Source: a virus (lineage: Duplodnaviria; Caudoviricetes). From it: a stretch of DNA of 64,000 nucleotides. The notes beneath the pieces were generated by a model, which was given only the letters and a program-made list of their open reading frames with translations, was not told where the DNA came from and searched no databases. The translations under genes were made by a program, and so were the position numbers. Of the stretch, positions 1 to 10,370 are shown piece after piece. The stretch covers positions 12,770-76,769 of IMG/VR virus record IMGVR_UViG_3300033475_000014. One strand, given 5' to 3'. Within the stretch, counting starts at the first letter, position 1. Each line of letters starts with the position of its first letter.

Positions 1-1530
1 CATAGTTTCTCCTTGTAATGTATTAGGTGTGCTGATGGCTCCAGTTGGTTCTGCACCCATGTTAGGTGCATTAACGGCTAGGACGCCTCCGGCACGTCCT
101 AGAGTATCCATGAGCTTTTGTGCTTTCTCATTCCCTATAGTCTTAGATAGTTTTGCTAGTGTGCCCGTGCCAGCAACATTTGCTGCATTAGAACCTAATA
201 CTTTAGGAGCAATCATGCCAGCCGCCATACCTACAGGTCCGCCGACAGACATACCAGCTACAGGTCCGCCGACTTTTAATAGGTCAGGAATATTAGTACC
301 GCCTGATGTATTAGCTTTATTCTGAGCAAATTCTAGTGCCTGATTAGCGATAACCTCAGGTTTCTGTGCAGTTCGTAGCTCACCGATAGTACCAGCATTA
401 TTAATCTCATTTACCTTATTCTGGTAATAGGTCGGGTTAATCTCTTTCAAAGGCGCAAGTTCGTCAATAGCTGTCTGGCGTACCTGGTCGGTAATACCCG
501 TTTTACCAATCGCTGTACCCTCACCGTAGAGAGAATCTTTAATAGTGTTAGAAATATTACGCAGTGCTTTACCCTGTAATTGTACCTCTGGAGAGCGTGA
601 GCCAATCCATTCGGCAGCCCGCGAGTCCATCGCCTTAGTCATATTAAGCGCATCAATAGGGTGTTGAGCGTTCAGCACACCATTGTCAAAACTGTTTACA
701 ACGCCACCACCTTTACGTGCTGGAATACTCTTAATGGCGTCTTGGTTGTACTTCTCAAGCTGTCCTTGTACGAACTGCTGCACACTATTGACAGACTTAG
801 AGTCGCCTGCAATACCCGCCTCGCGTACAGCATTAAGTACTGTGTTGCCTGGCATACCTTTACTAGCAGTAGCGAGGCTGCTTAAGTCTAATCTTGTACC
901 CTGTTCGCCAGCGTTCAGTAGGGAGTTATTAACTGCATTTGAAAACGCCCCATTCTCTCCAGTTACAACAGGATGAATCTGGCCCATTTGTCGTAGGTCT
1001 GTAACGCCATTCCTATAAAGGTAATCGGCAGTTGCTTTGTCTAGTGCTCCTTGACCTTGACCTTGTACAAGAGAAGTCGCCGCTTTATCGGCAGCCGGCT
1101 TAACAACTCCTTTTAGGACTTTACCTGCGCCCTTCACAATAGCCCCACCTGCTAGGTTACCAGCAGCGCCTGTGAGACCAGCGCCAAGAATATCACCCCC
1201 AGATAGCTCTTTACCAGCTGCTGCTTCGTCTGCCGCCTTGCCTGCTGCACTACCTATCCCAGACAGCGCAGTACTTGCTAAGAGAGAGGCTCCTCCTGTT
1301 TCTGGAGCTAATAGCGCGCCAAGAACGGGCAGTGCAATACCGCCTACCGTTGACCAGAAATCGCCAGATTGTTTAGGTTGCTCTGTTTGCTGCGGTTGTT
1401 GCTGTAGAGCCTGATTAAGAGCGTCAGCAGACACACCCTTTGCAAGGTTTTCTTTTGCCCAGTCTGAGTACTGCCCGAACTGCCCTGGGTCTACTGTTAG
1501 GTTCTGTGGTTGAGTAGGTTGATTATTCAT
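1..1530 (-). CDS. Internal virion/DNA-ejection protein (module A), partial, runs off the left end
   Basis: Translated by hand from the ATG at 1530 (MNNQPTQPQNL...LAPETGGASLLA...); the segments checked are open, including the last codons at position 1. Ala/Gly-rich, follows the pilot-like gene. Absent from the ORF track, consistent with no in-window stop. Confidence 0.7.
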   Translation of the reverse strand, partial: MNNQPTQPQNLTVDPGQFGQYSDWAKENLAKGVSADALNQALQQQPQQTEQPKQSGDFWSTVGGIALPVLGALLAPETGGASLLASTALSGIGSAAGKAADEAAAGKELSGGDILGAGLTGAAGNLAGGAIVKGAGKVLKGVVKPAADKAATSLVQGQGQGALDKATADYLYRNGVTDLRQMGQIHPVVTGENGAFSNAVNNSLLNAGEQGTRLDLSSLATASKGMPGNTVLNAVREAGIAGDSKSVNSVQQFVQGQLEKYNQDAIKSIPARKGGGVVNSFDNGVLNAQHPIDALNMTKAMDSRAAEWIGSRSPEVQLQGKALRNISNTIKDSLYGEGTAIGKTGITDQVRQTAIDELAPLKEINPTYYQNKVNEINNAGTIGELRTAQKPEVIANQALEFAQNKANTSGGTNIPDLLKVGGPVAGMSVGGPVGMAAGMIAPKVLGSNAANVAGTGTLAKLSKTIGNEKAQKLMDTLGRAGGVLAVNAPNMGAEPTGAISTPNTLQGETM

Positions 1531-1533
1531 ATT

Positions 1534-2463
1534 CTATCCAAGTAGCCAATGGCCGAATGTCCCAAGTGACTGCTCCATAGGTGCAGCGAACTGCCCAAGG
1601 AAACCATTACCCAATGGGTTAGACTTCTTTGGAGCTGCTTTATTGGCAACAGGAGCGCTTGGTGTAGGGCCGGATGCGTTACCGTATTTAAGTTGATTCT
1701 GGTAGGCTTGCGAGTCCATGTAGTTTCGACTCTGCTGATTCGACAAAGCTTGTGCCTCAGCCTGCTTAGCAAGTAAGTTAGCCTGCGCATATGCCGCAGA
1801 AGAAGCTGCGTAAGTTTGCCTGAGCTGTCCGAATGTAGCTTGATCTTGCGCTGTAAGTTGCTGGCCATTCTGTTGTGCAGCAATCATTGCTTGCATCTGT
1901 TGCTGAGTTGTAGCCATCACTTGAGCCGCGTTATTTGCCGCTGCTGTATACGCCTGCCTCTGCTGGTCCTGCCCCTGAAGGACAGCTTGTGTGCCTTGTT
2001 GAGCCCCCGTAAGTCCCCCTTGCTGCTTGGCTAGCTGGTTGGCAGCGTTTTGGTTAGCGAGCTGAAGCGACTGATTCAAATTAGCGCCAGTAGTAGCCAT
2101 CTGGTTGGCAACGTTCCCTGCTGTTGCACCATAGTTAGCATTAGAAGCCTGTAACGCACGAGGAAGGCCACCGAGAATGCCTGTAAGTTGCGATACCTGA
2201 TTCTGGGCTTGATTTAGGTTGTTAACGTCATACCCGGCGTTTTGGTTAGCAAGTTGGAGTTGCTTTTGGTATGCATCGTTACCGCTCACCATATTCTTAG
2301 TAAAGTTAGTGAGGTCGCCTTGTGCCTGGTTAGCAGCGTTGTAGGCGGTGTTATATTGGTTTGTGGCGTTCTGAGCGTTTTGGTTATAGAAATTCTGAAG
2401 CTGAGTATCCTGCTGATACTTTTCTGCTTGCATTTGATCTATTGAAGGTAGTGATAGTGGCAT
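1534..2463 (-). CDS. Gln/Ala/Asn-rich internal virion (pilot/ejection) protein
   Basis: 309 aa helical low-complexity sequence; position downstream of the tail genes is typical of podovirus ejection proteins. Confidence 0.6.
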   Translation of the reverse strand: MPLSLPSIDQMQAEKYQQDTQLQNFYNQNAQNATNQYNTAYNAANQAQGDLTNFTKNMVSGNDAYQKQLQLANQNAGYDVNNLNQAQNQVSQLTGILGGLPRALQASNANYGATAGNVANQMATTGANLNQSLQLANQNAANQLAKQQGGLTGAQQGTQAVLQGQDQQRQAYTAAANNAAQVMATTQQQMQAMIAAQQNGQQLTAQDQATFGQLRQTYAASSAAYAQANLLAKQAEAQALSNQQSRNYMDSQAYQNQLKYGNASGPTPSAPVANKAAPKKSNPLGNGFLGQFAAPMEQSLGTFGHWLLG

Positions 2464-2473
2464 TTTCTTATAA

Positions 2474-2520
2474 TAAAAAGCCGCTTCGTGCGGCTCTTAC
2501 CTTATGCCATTATTGTACCA
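2474..2520 (-). promoter_or_regulatory. Module A late cassette 1: -10, ATAAGG, terminator
   Basis: TGGTACAAT-6-ATAAGGTAAG-AGCCGC/GCGGCT-TTTT. Confidence 0.75.
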
Positions 2521-2533
2521 TAAAATACAAAAA

Positions 2534-3052
2534 TCAAACGTGAGATGGAACCGAAGTGGCGTCAAGCCCTTCGACGAATATATATGCACGTACATTTACG
2601 GTGAACCCGATGATATTAGGAGGCGAGTTACTTCCTGTATTAGTCCACTGTTTGTCTATATAGAAATTCACATAAGTGCTGTCTACTTCCGCCTCAAACT
2701 TTGCGATTTGTGCTGATGCACCACTCGCGTTACCCAAAAGCCATGCACCCTCCGATCCTAGAACGGTGGCGAAGTTATCAGTAGAAACAAGAAACCACGA
2801 AGATGGCTCGTAAGTATAGCCGTGTTTGTATCGGTAGATAAGAGTCTTCTTTGTTGTCGTCGTTCCAGGACCGCCTGTAGGGTTTGGAGGTTCAGTATTA
2901 AAGAACACCGTAATAATCTGGAAACTATTCTTATTAGTTGAGTCTAGCTTAGCAAATGGATATTTTGTGTTAAACGTGAGGTGTTGCCCCTCAGCTGTCG
3001 TTAAAGAGGTGCTTGGTGCAGATACAGAAATAGGACCGAGATCGTTGCGCAT
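2534..3052 (-). CDS. Virion structural protein, unknown function
   Basis: 172 aa beta-rich, coupled to its upstream neighbour. Confidence 0.5.
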   Translation of the reverse strand: MRNDLGPISVSAPSTSLTTAEGQHLTFNTKYPFAKLDSTNKNSFQIITVFFNTEPPNPTGGPGTTTTKKTLIYRYKHGYTYEPSSWFLVSTDNFATVLGSEGAWLLGNASGASAQIAKFEAEVDSTYVNFYIDKQWTNTGSNSPPNIIGFTVNVRAYIFVEGLDATSVPSHV

Positions 3053-3909
3053 TAGTAAACTATCCTTAAGGTATTAGGAACTACGAGCGGATCTCTCAAA
3101 ACTACTAAGCTGCCAAAGTTATTATTTGGATTAGGAAGAAACGATGCTTGTATACGGGCTTGTGTGAATCCTGAGGCCTTAGCCTGCATGGCGCTTTGGA
3201 TAGCGAATATATACCCGTTCTGCTGAGTGCCTGGGGCCACTGGAGTATAGGTGGTGCCCTGTCCTGGGCCGCCTGTGAAAGCTAATACCCATGGAGTGTA
3301 ATTGGCGGGGTTGTTATATCCGATATATTTAACACCCGATGGAGTGGTGCTAACGTTAGTTACGATAGAAAGCACTGCTGGGGACTGAGCCCGAGAGTGT
3401 AAGATAAAGTCTCGTAGATCGTTTGAAGCAATACTCTTTTGGTATTTAGATACCTTTATCCCTGTGGTTGGGTCGTATGGAGTCGATACTGTAGGGAATT
3501 TAGGAAGCGTATAATCTACGCCAGTCGAAATATCTACGTTATAGCATTTAATACTTACCGTGTAGGTTACAGCGTTATATAAACCTCGGTTAACGAAATA
3601 AATCTTGTTATTATCGAAGGTGAATACTACGTCATTTTGAGCGCTAGATAAGTTACCCGAAGAACCAAAGGTGCGTCCAATACTTACGCCATTTAAAATA
3701 GTCCATCCCATTGTTAAAGGATAAAACCCTAATCCATGCGTAACAGTTGCAGAAACTGAGAACCCATCAGTATAGGGAACTTGTACGACTGTTTCATATG
3801 CGATAGCTAAAGATGGCCAGTCGGAATTAAACACATATTGGTAATCTGCCGCAAATGGGTCGCTCACGCCAATCTGGGTGACCCGTATACCTGCTGAATT
3901 AGAAGCCAC
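3052..3909 (-). CDS. Virion structural protein, unknown function
   Basis: 285 aa beta-rich, within the tail operon. Confidence 0.5.
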   Translation of the reverse strand: MASNSAGIRVTQIGVSDPFAADYQYVFNSDWPSLAIAYETVVQVPYTDGFSVSATVTHGLGFYPLTMGWTILNGVSIGRTFGSSGNLSSAQNDVVFTFDNNKIYFVNRGLYNAVTYTVSIKCYNVDISTGVDYTLPKFPTVSTPYDPTTGIKVSKYQKSIASNDLRDFILHSRAQSPAVLSIVTNVSTTPSGVKYIGYNNPANYTPWVLAFTGGPGQGTTYTPVAPGTQQNGYIFAIQSAMQAKASGFTQARIQASFLPNPNNNFGSLVVLRDPLVVPNTLRIVY

Positions 3910-4228
3910 CTGTCGTACCTATTGAGACACGTATGTTACCCTGTGAGTCGGTAACAGTAGTGCCACCCTGTAAGTTTTGTGTACCTGCCGTAGAGCCTGT
4001 TTGAATCTGTCGAGGAGCCACAGTTTGGTTGGACATCTGACCGTTATAAAGAAGCGACTCCAATGATAAGTAAGGGACTGTTACAAATCCCTCCTGTATT
4101 TCCCCTTCTGATGCTGGCATTATCTGAAAATTAGCGTTACCGAACGTAGAAGAATATGCCATCATCATCATACTAGCGTTAGGGGCATTTGCTGATACTT
4201 GTGATTCAAAACCGCCATCTGTGTACAT
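3899..4228 (-). CDS. Small virion structural protein
   Basis: 109 aa, SD AGGAG upstream, tail operon. Confidence 0.5.
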   Translation of the reverse strand: MYTDGGFESQVSANAPNASMMMMAYSSTFGNANFQIMPASEGEIQEGFVTVPYLSLESLLYNGQMSNQTVAPRQIQTGSTAGTQNLQGGTTVTDSQGNIRVSIGTTGGF

Positions 4229-4236
4229 ATGACCTC

Positions 4237-6294
4237 CTAGTTATCTGGTGCAACTTCTACTTCGCCCATTGTTGGGTCTACTTCTAGTGTAACACCTGTA
4301 AAGTCTGGAGGTGTTGTTAGACCTGATGGCATTGTAAAGTCAAACCCATACGATATTTCATGGAAACGAGTATTTATTTCAATAAGGGCGTTTGTCGCAT
4401 CTGTTGTATTCGTAGCCGCAGCGGTTGTTTTTGTGCCACGATCTAACTTATAGTACGGTGTTACACTTGCTCCTGCTGGCAATCCAGTGAAGCTAACTTT
4501 AGCCCTGTTCGCATACTTTTGCTTAAACCTAGACCCGCCATCGAATATAAGGGATTCCCATGTTCCTGACTGTGCAGCAGTAGATGAGTTATCTAATATA
4601 TCAATCCCATATGTTGTTACGCCGCCTTGTGTATACGCCCACGATGTATACAGGGTGTCGACAAAGTTCTGATTCATACCTATTTGAAGGTTAGTAACAC
4701 CGCTCGTATTGTTATTGAGTAGACCATTAGACATCTGGTAAGAATACCCAAATGAGTTAGGGAATGTCATCTCGACAGCACCCCACGAGTAATTACCATA
4801 ATCCACATTAGGATTTGTGGTAGATGAAGGGTAACCTATAAGAAGAATGTTGTACCTTGAAGTAAACATGTTAGGGTTAACAATAGTGGAATCTGCGGTG
4901 CCGAGATAATCGGTGTTCTGGTAGGCAATTTTCCTCACTTTAATAACTGTCGTTCCGCCGCTCCATGCGTATAGGGAACCTGCTACAGTGAAGTAGACAA
5001 CATTATTTACTGAATAAAGCCCGTATGGTGCCCCCATAGGTATATCAATAATAGATGTAGGCTGAGGAGTAGTACCATCCCAGAAATACAGAGCACCGTC
5101 CTGGAAGTTACGCGAAGAGTTCCTACTGCGACGTTCAACTCCAATAACTAGTTGATTATTGTTAGTGGTTAACCCGCAAACCTCATATCCTGCCTTGAAC
5201 ACGAGCTGATGACGAATCCAATCATTATTCGAGGGATTGTTATCACTAGCAAAGTTATATGTAGATAAGTACTGACCATTCCCTATACAAAGAGCTTGAC
5301 CATTACCCGTCCCCGTGGCCACATTGAATAGTGCAGTAGGATGCCATCCGTTCGTTGTTTGGACAAGCCTGTAAGCACTCCACGTCATATATGCTGACAT
5401 AAAATCGCCTGTGGCGCTTGAGCCGTAAGATACAGGTACAACGGCGATTGTTCCATCGCTTACCGTAGAAGTAAGGTGCCAGTGGTAGTTAGCTGCTCCT
5501 GAAGCGATACCACCACCAACAAGCACGCGAATCTGCGATCCAAATACAAACTCGTTAAGAGCATTAGAAGTGACATTAGCATTTGTAAGGGTCTTGAATG
5601 CTAGTTTGTTGTTCTGCGAATCATGGAGTGTAAGAGTATAGTCACCCGTACCCTTAGAAGCAATGTATACAGAGATGGAGTACCCTGGCTCAATATCTGG
5701 CGAGAACAAGCAATAACTCGAGGGGTCTTCTTTAATTGTTGTCGGTACTGGATAAGTCGCGCCGAGCGTTGCTGCAACAGAGCGAAGTGCACCATCAAAG
5801 TTTCCATCGTCTGGGTTATAAATTTGGGTCGTACCATTATTGATAGATACAGATTGCGCAAAGTTATTACTTCTAAATGCTGGTTGACCTGTATTCCCCG
5901 TCGTTACCTGGCCATACATTGAAACACTCGTCTGACCTGGGATATACAACTGGTCGGTCACCTGGTTATATAGAATGCCCGCAGAGCCTGCCTCAGACAT
6001 CTGTGCAACGTCCGAGATGACGTTCGACGTACTAATACGGTAAATATACCCTCTATCGCCTACCATCCAGCGTACGCCGTTTAAATCCTGGTCTATGGCC
6101 AATGGAAGGTCAGGTAAAGTAGTACTTAGCGCACGAGGGGCAGGAAGCACTGACATCTGGGCAGGGTCTGAACGAAAGTCTAAGTTACGGGATTTATAAA
6201 ATGAATTAGATACACCTAACTTATTGGAAGTCGAGACACCTCCAGTGAAAAAGTTAGTATTGATCTGTATTTTAGAAGAATTTCCTTTTGCCAT
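4237..6294 (-). CDS. Tail tube/stabilisation protein (P22 gp10 / T7 gp12-like)
   Basis: 685 aa beta-propeller-like sequence directly after the adaptor gene. Confidence 0.65.
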   Translation of the reverse strand: MAKGNSSKIQINTNFFTGGVSTSNKLGVSNSFYKSRNLDFRSDPAQMSVLPAPRALSTTLPDLPLAIDQDLNGVRWMVGDRGYIYRISTSNVISDVAQMSEAGSAGILYNQVTDQLYIPGQTSVSMYGQVTTGNTGQPAFRSNNFAQSVSINNGTTQIYNPDDGNFDGALRSVAATLGATYPVPTTIKEDPSSYCLFSPDIEPGYSISVYIASKGTGDYTLTLHDSQNNKLAFKTLTNANVTSNALNEFVFGSQIRVLVGGGIASGAANYHWHLTSTVSDGTIAVVPVSYGSSATGDFMSAYMTWSAYRLVQTTNGWHPTALFNVATGTGNGQALCIGNGQYLSTYNFASDNNPSNNDWIRHQLVFKAGYEVCGLTTNNNQLVIGVERRSRNSSRNFQDGALYFWDGTTPQPTSIIDIPMGAPYGLYSVNNVVYFTVAGSLYAWSGGTTVIKVRKIAYQNTDYLGTADSTIVNPNMFTSRYNILLIGYPSSTTNPNVDYGNYSWGAVEMTFPNSFGYSYQMSNGLLNNNTSGVTNLQIGMNQNFVDTLYTSWAYTQGGVTTYGIDILDNSSTAAQSGTWESLIFDGGSRFKQKYANRAKVSFTGLPAGASVTPYYKLDRGTKTTAAATNTTDATNALIEINTRFHEISYGFDFTMPSGLTTPPDFTGVTLEVDPTMGEVEVAPDN

Positions 6295-6298
6295 ATTT

Positions 6299-7195
6299 TT
6301 AACCCGTTAACTGAGTAGGAGGTATATTGAAAATGTTATACACATCACCAGCCTGCTTAGTAAATACAATACCCGTCGTCTTACTCGAGTAGGTTTCTTG
6401 GTATTGATCGAGTAAATTCTGGAATAGAGACAGGAACTGATTAGCATTCCCTTCGTCTTTTCGCTTTAGATAGAATTGGTAAGCTGCATAGTAAACTAGT
6501 CCCATGTGGTAATCCTCAGGAATGTCTGGACACGCCCCAATAATATACGTAGCACTAGCGTTTGTCTGGTCCTGGTAGTAGTTGGCAAGTGTTAAGTGAG
6601 ATGAATCCTGCACCGAAGCAATTTGATACCAGTTACCGCCCGTCCCATCAGTGACAGAAAGCCACATATTGACCATACTCTGCGTAAAGTTTGCACCACT
6701 GTCTGTGACTGTCTGAGAGCCATTAGATACACTTGCAGTACCTGTGACGTCTGCTAGAGAGTAATCTGGTAATCGTGGCTCATAAGAAATGTTAAGCGTA
6801 CCGATATTATTTGTGGATGGTGCTGGCCATATAGAGACAACATTAAATCCTTTAACAAAGTACATCGTTGGGATGTAGATCGTGACAGCAGGGATAATGT
6901 TAAGCTCGTTCCATTTGTGCTCGCTTGGTACCTCTGTGAGAGGGTATACAATTCCATTAGCAGTGATTGTCACTTCTGTAGTGCGTACAAAATCGGCTGG
7001 TAGCTGATAGTCCTGTTGGCCGTTTACAAGGCTTGCCTGTACTTGCTTACGCGTCCAATAGCGCCTTGCGGCGTTCTTAAACAGCTGTAGCCCCTGTTTG
7101 ACGTCTTGAGCAATATTAGCAGTAGTGACACCATTATCATTCGGTGACCCTACCATGTCGTATGTTCGTGATGCTATTTGATTAAGAGTCAACAT
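6299..7195 (-). CDS. Head-tail adaptor (tail tubular protein A-like)
   Basis: Motif LVNGQQDYQLPADF, C-terminal PEDYHMGLVYYAAY helix, synteny. Confidence 0.65.
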   Translation of the reverse strand: MLTLNQIASRTYDMVGSPNDNGVTTANIAQDVKQGLQLFKNAARRYWTRKQVQASLVNGQQDYQLPADFVRTTEVTITANGIVYPLTEVPSEHKWNELNIIPAVTIYIPTMYFVKGFNVVSIWPAPSTNNIGTLNISYEPRLPDYSLADVTGTASVSNGSQTVTDSGANFTQSMVNMWLSVTDGTGGNWYQIASVQDSSHLTLANYYQDQTNASATYIIGACPDIPEDYHMGLVYYAAYQFYLKRKDEGNANQFLSLFQNLLDQYQETYSSKTTGIVFTKQAGDVYNIFNIPPTQLTG

Positions 7196-8037
7196 TAGGC
7201 GGCACTCGTGAAGTTAGTCCAGGTCGTTGAACCTGTAGTATTGGCATAAAGACGCGTTGACGTTGATGAACCGTCAGTACGTAAGTAGATAGAGCCCTGA
7301 GCGGCGGTGAATGTAGGCGCTCCTGAACCCCAGAAGATACCAAAGTTCGCCGTAGACGATACTTTAATACCTGAAGTTGTCGCGCCCGCCGCTGGGGGGG
7401 CAGTGGAAGTTTGGAGACTTAACTGGCCAGTCGTTGATACGGTAGAGCCAGCTGTGATTGCACCAGATAGTGTAGAAGCACCCGTAACAGATAGTGTACT
7501 AGTAAGAGATAGTGCGCTACTAATCGCACCTGTCGTGACCGAAATACCATACATTGTGCCTGTGTTTGAAGTAGTAAAACCTACAATAGCATCTGCCGAG
7601 ATAGTTGCGTTTGTAATAGTTGGTGCGTTAATCGTTGGGCTTGTAAGCGTCTTATTAGTGAGTGTCTGTGAAGCGGTAAGGGTAACAACCGTGTCGGACA
7701 CGTTAGGTAGTGTGTACATTCTTGTAGTCCCTGCAGTAATCCCTGAAAGCTGGAACTGGGCCTTTTTTGTAGTGTCCCCGTCATCCACTAAAGTAAAAAG
7801 CGTATCTTTAATAGAAAACGTATTGGTATTATCTATTGTTTTGTTTTGGAGAGTCTGGATAGTCGTCGTATCTACAGGTTGTCCTGTCACTCCAAGTAGA
7901 GTTGAACGGTTGATACGTTGTGTCGCTAAAGCAGAATTAGTATAAATAGCTAGATAGTCGTTAGTACCATCAATACTATTAGCTGTAGGGAGTACAGTAG
8001 CTCCTGTAGCAGTTCCACCGAGGATTACATTGCCCAT
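7195..8037 (-). CDS. Tail fibre-like protein
   Basis: Thr/Ser-rich, QTLTNKTLTSPTI repeat typical of phage fibres; start moved to the ATG overlapping the upstream stop. Confidence 0.6.
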   Translation of the reverse strand: MGNVILGGTATGATVLPTANSIDGTNDYLAIYTNSALATQRINRSTLLGVTGQPVDTTTIQTLQNKTIDNTNTFSIKDTLFTLVDDGDTTKKAQFQLSGITAGTTRMYTLPNVSDTVVTLTASQTLTNKTLTSPTINAPTITNATISADAIVGFTTSNTGTMYGISVTTGAISSALSLTSTLSVTGASTLSGAITAGSTVSTTGQLSLQTSTAPPAAGATTSGIKVSSTANFGIFWGSGAPTFTAAQGSIYLRTDGSSTSTRLYANTTGSTTWTNFTSAA

Positions 8038-8216
8038 TAGACCTGGCTCCAAGCTGTCGCATATTTACCGATAACATAATACGCATTAGGGATGATAAAG
8101 TTCAAAGAGTTATCTACAATAGTATTTCCGAGGTTATCTTGAAGATATAGCCCATTTTGAGGCAAAACATAGCCGAACCCTGATTGTGGTGTCCAATATG
8201 TTGGATTCTTGCTCAT
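8037..8216 (-). CDS. 59-aa hypothetical protein (below ORF-track cutoff)
   Basis: GGAGG SD, MSKNPTYWTPQSGFG...AWSQV*, TAATG-coupled to the next gene. Confidence 0.6.
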   Translation of the reverse strand: MSKNPTYWTPQSGFGYVLPQNGLYLQDNLGNTIVDNSLNFIIPNAYYVIGKYATAWSQV

Positions 8217-8224
8217 AATACCTC

Positions 8225-8626
8225 CTAAACAATATCGAAGTAAAAACTTAACGTTGAAGAGCCTGTATTTGCTTTAAGATAGAGTACGCTGGTTAGGGCT
8301 ACATCCACGCTTATCTGCACCCCAGTGGGGATAGTGAAATAGTGAGCAGCTACAGTATTATCTGATTCGCTAATGTTGACGGTGTTCGTTGTTGCTAGAA
8401 AATTAACTCGTACTGCATTAAGCGGGATAGTGAGAGTAGTAACGGCCGAGTTAGACACAGTAGCTGGAGACACGACAGGAGTTCCCGAAATGTCCACTGT
8501 TTGCGGTCCGTTAGCAACTACGCCAGTTAGCGCATTACGGCTTGCATCATTACGGAGGTTGCCAAATAGGTTCTCTTGCCCTGGCTCTACAGGTGCTGCT
8601 TTCTTTGTGAATGTATATGTAGCCAT
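8225..8626 (-). CDS. Small beta-rich virion protein
   Basis: 133 aa, AGGAG SD. Confidence 0.5.
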   Translation of the reverse strand: MATYTFTKKAAPVEPGQENLFGNLRNDASRNALTGVVANGPQTVDISGTPVVSPATVSNSAVTTLTIPLNAVRVNFLATTNTVNISESDNTVAAHYFTIPTGVQISVDVALTSVLYLKANTGSSTLSFYFDIV

Positions 8627-8637
8627 ATTATCTCCTA

Positions 8638-8682
8638 ATAAAATAGCCGCAGTAACGGCTGCGGCCTTATATGGTTATTATA
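8638..8682 (-). promoter_or_regulatory. Module A late cassette 2
   Basis: TATAAT-6-ATAAG-GCCGCAG/CTGCGGC-TATTTT. Confidence 0.75.
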
Positions 8683-8708
8683 AGTTAGTTTTCGAGTTAA
8701 ATCTAGTA

Positions 8709-9335
8709 CTATATCAACTCAACTAATATAAACGCAGGATTTGTTGTAGCAGCGGTAATAGCAGCTGTACCAGCAGATGCCTTCAAGCCGACATTGTATG
8801 TTTTAGACCCAGCTGATGGCGTTACAACCGCAATACAGCTGTTAGGCACCTCCTGGTTGGCTGCAGCCGTAAGGAGAGTACAGTCAGATATTTGTGTGCC
8901 ACTACCAACTGTTCCATCCCATATCGACATCTCAGAATAAGCACCAGAAGACGTATTATACATAGATTTTGAAAAAGCAGTAATTTTAACTTTTCTTCCG
9001 CCTGATGGCACAGTAACTGTTGTCGTTAGCCCTGTAACCTGAACAAATGACGTTGAAGATGTCGAGAACATTGATGTTATCTGTGCGTAACCTAGAGTTG
9101 TACCTGGGAATGAGTTAGTAGAGGATGTCAGATCCTTATTGGTTAAAACATCTGTAGAAGCCCTACCCACTAGGGTGTCTGATGCTGATGGCATAGTATA
9201 AGTATTGGAACCTGCGCCCGTTACCGTGACATTCCCACCAGTAACAGTAAGACTTCGCGTGGTTGTGCCACCACCTAAAGTGAATCCATCGGCGTTATTA
9301 GCATATTGAGAGTTTTGTGAGTTATTAGTGCTCAT
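8709..9335 (-). CDS. Tail fibre-like protein
   Basis: 208 aa; C-terminal module (TVTVPSGGR) shared with 36216-37073. Confidence 0.55.
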   Translation of the reverse strand: MSTNNSQNSQYANNADGFTLGGGTTTRSLTVTGGNVTVTGAGSNTYTMPSASDTLVGRASTDVLTNKDLTSSTNSFPGTTLGYAQITSMFSTSSTSFVQVTGLTTTVTVPSGGRKVKITAFSKSMYNTSSGAYSEMSIWDGTVGSGTQISDCTLLTAAANQEVPNSCIAVVTPSAGSKTYNVGLKASAGTAAITAATTNPAFILVELI

Positions 9336-9344
9336 TTCAAATCC

Positions 9345-10370
9345 TTACATTGTTATACTTGATAAACCAGTAACTGACGAAATACCAGATATATTAGTAA
9401 CGTTTGCAGGTTCCGTAGTTTTTACTTTGGCACCATACGAGCCGTTAACGCCATCAAGTCCGTTTATATAACCAGTTCCACCTCTTCCACTTGCTGCGCC
9501 CGTTAAGGTATAAGTACCGCTATCGCTAAGGGTTGCATAAACCAAGTATACGTTCCCTGCATTTCCTCCGCCCCCTCCCCCCCCGCCAGAACCTGATACG
9601 GCTAGAGCAGAGCTTGTACCGCCATTTCCTCCATTAGAACCAGCAGTTCCAGAGGTTATTATTGTCCCACTGATCGTAATGGAAGGAGCCTTAAGAACAA
9701 CATGTACACCAGGCTTCCCTGAATTGCCTCCTGCTCCACCACCACCGCCTGAAATGGTTGTTGTCCCATTCCCTGCTCCGTTAGAGCCATTATTCCCGTA
9801 GGCATTAGCACCCGCACCAGATGTGACTGACCCAGATAGACTAGCGGCTGCTCCACTACCGCCAGCAGATGTTCCTCCGTTATTACCAGCGACATCTGAT
9901 GTAGAAGCTGTTACGGCTGCCCCTCCGTTACCGCTAGGCGTACCACCGTTACCGCCGTTTCCTCCCGTGACGTTGTGTGTGCCTCCACCTTGTGTGCCGC
10001 CTCCCCCTCCTCCGCCGCCAAAGCCACTCCCTTGAGCACCACCTGTAGATAGGTATAGATTAGCTGCACCAGCTCCTCCATTACCTACTGATGGTGACGT
10101 GTATGTTACCCCGTCTATGGTAGCTGATCCACTACTCTGTCCGGCGGTTATTTTATTAGATACATCTATTGTTCCGCTAATTGTAATACTTGTCGTAGCG
10201 AGAATATACAAAACAGAACCGCTTGTGGCTGTAGTACTGAGAGTGGCTCCAACAGAAACACTTACTGTGGTGTACTGATATTTATTGTCTAGTGACAGAT
10301 TCGTAGTACCCGAAGTCACACTTAACGAACCGTCTGAGCCATTACCGAATATGGGATTAGGAGTAGCCAT
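9345..10370 (-). CDS. Glycine-rich tail fibre/spike protein
   Basis: FGNGSDG start and GGGGGGG/GGNGG tracts; likely start MATPNPIFG coupled to the upstream stop. Confidence 0.6.
   Translation of the reverse strand: MATPNPIFGNGSDGSLSVTSGTTNLSLDNKYQYTTVSVSVGATLSTTATSGSVLYILATTSITISGTIDVSNKITAGQSSGSATIDGVTYTSPSVGNGGAGAANLYLSTGGAQGSGFGGGGGGGGTQGGGTHNVTGGNGGNGGTPSGNGGAAVTASTSDVAGNNGGTSAGGSGAAASLSGSVTSGAGANAYGNNGSNGAGNGTTTISGGGGGAGGNSGKPGVHVVLKAPSITISGTIITSGTAGSNGGNGGTSSALAVSGSGGGGGGGGNAGNVYLVYATLSDSGTYTLTGAASGRGGTGYINGLDGVNGSYGAKVKTTEPANVTNISGISSVTGLSSITM

Noticed and set aside
29-1414. Plus-strand ORFs 29-325, 661-885, 683-976 and 1172-1414
   Set aside because: Antisense shadows of the minus-strand ejection gene 1-1530, which the track omits because it has no stop in the window.
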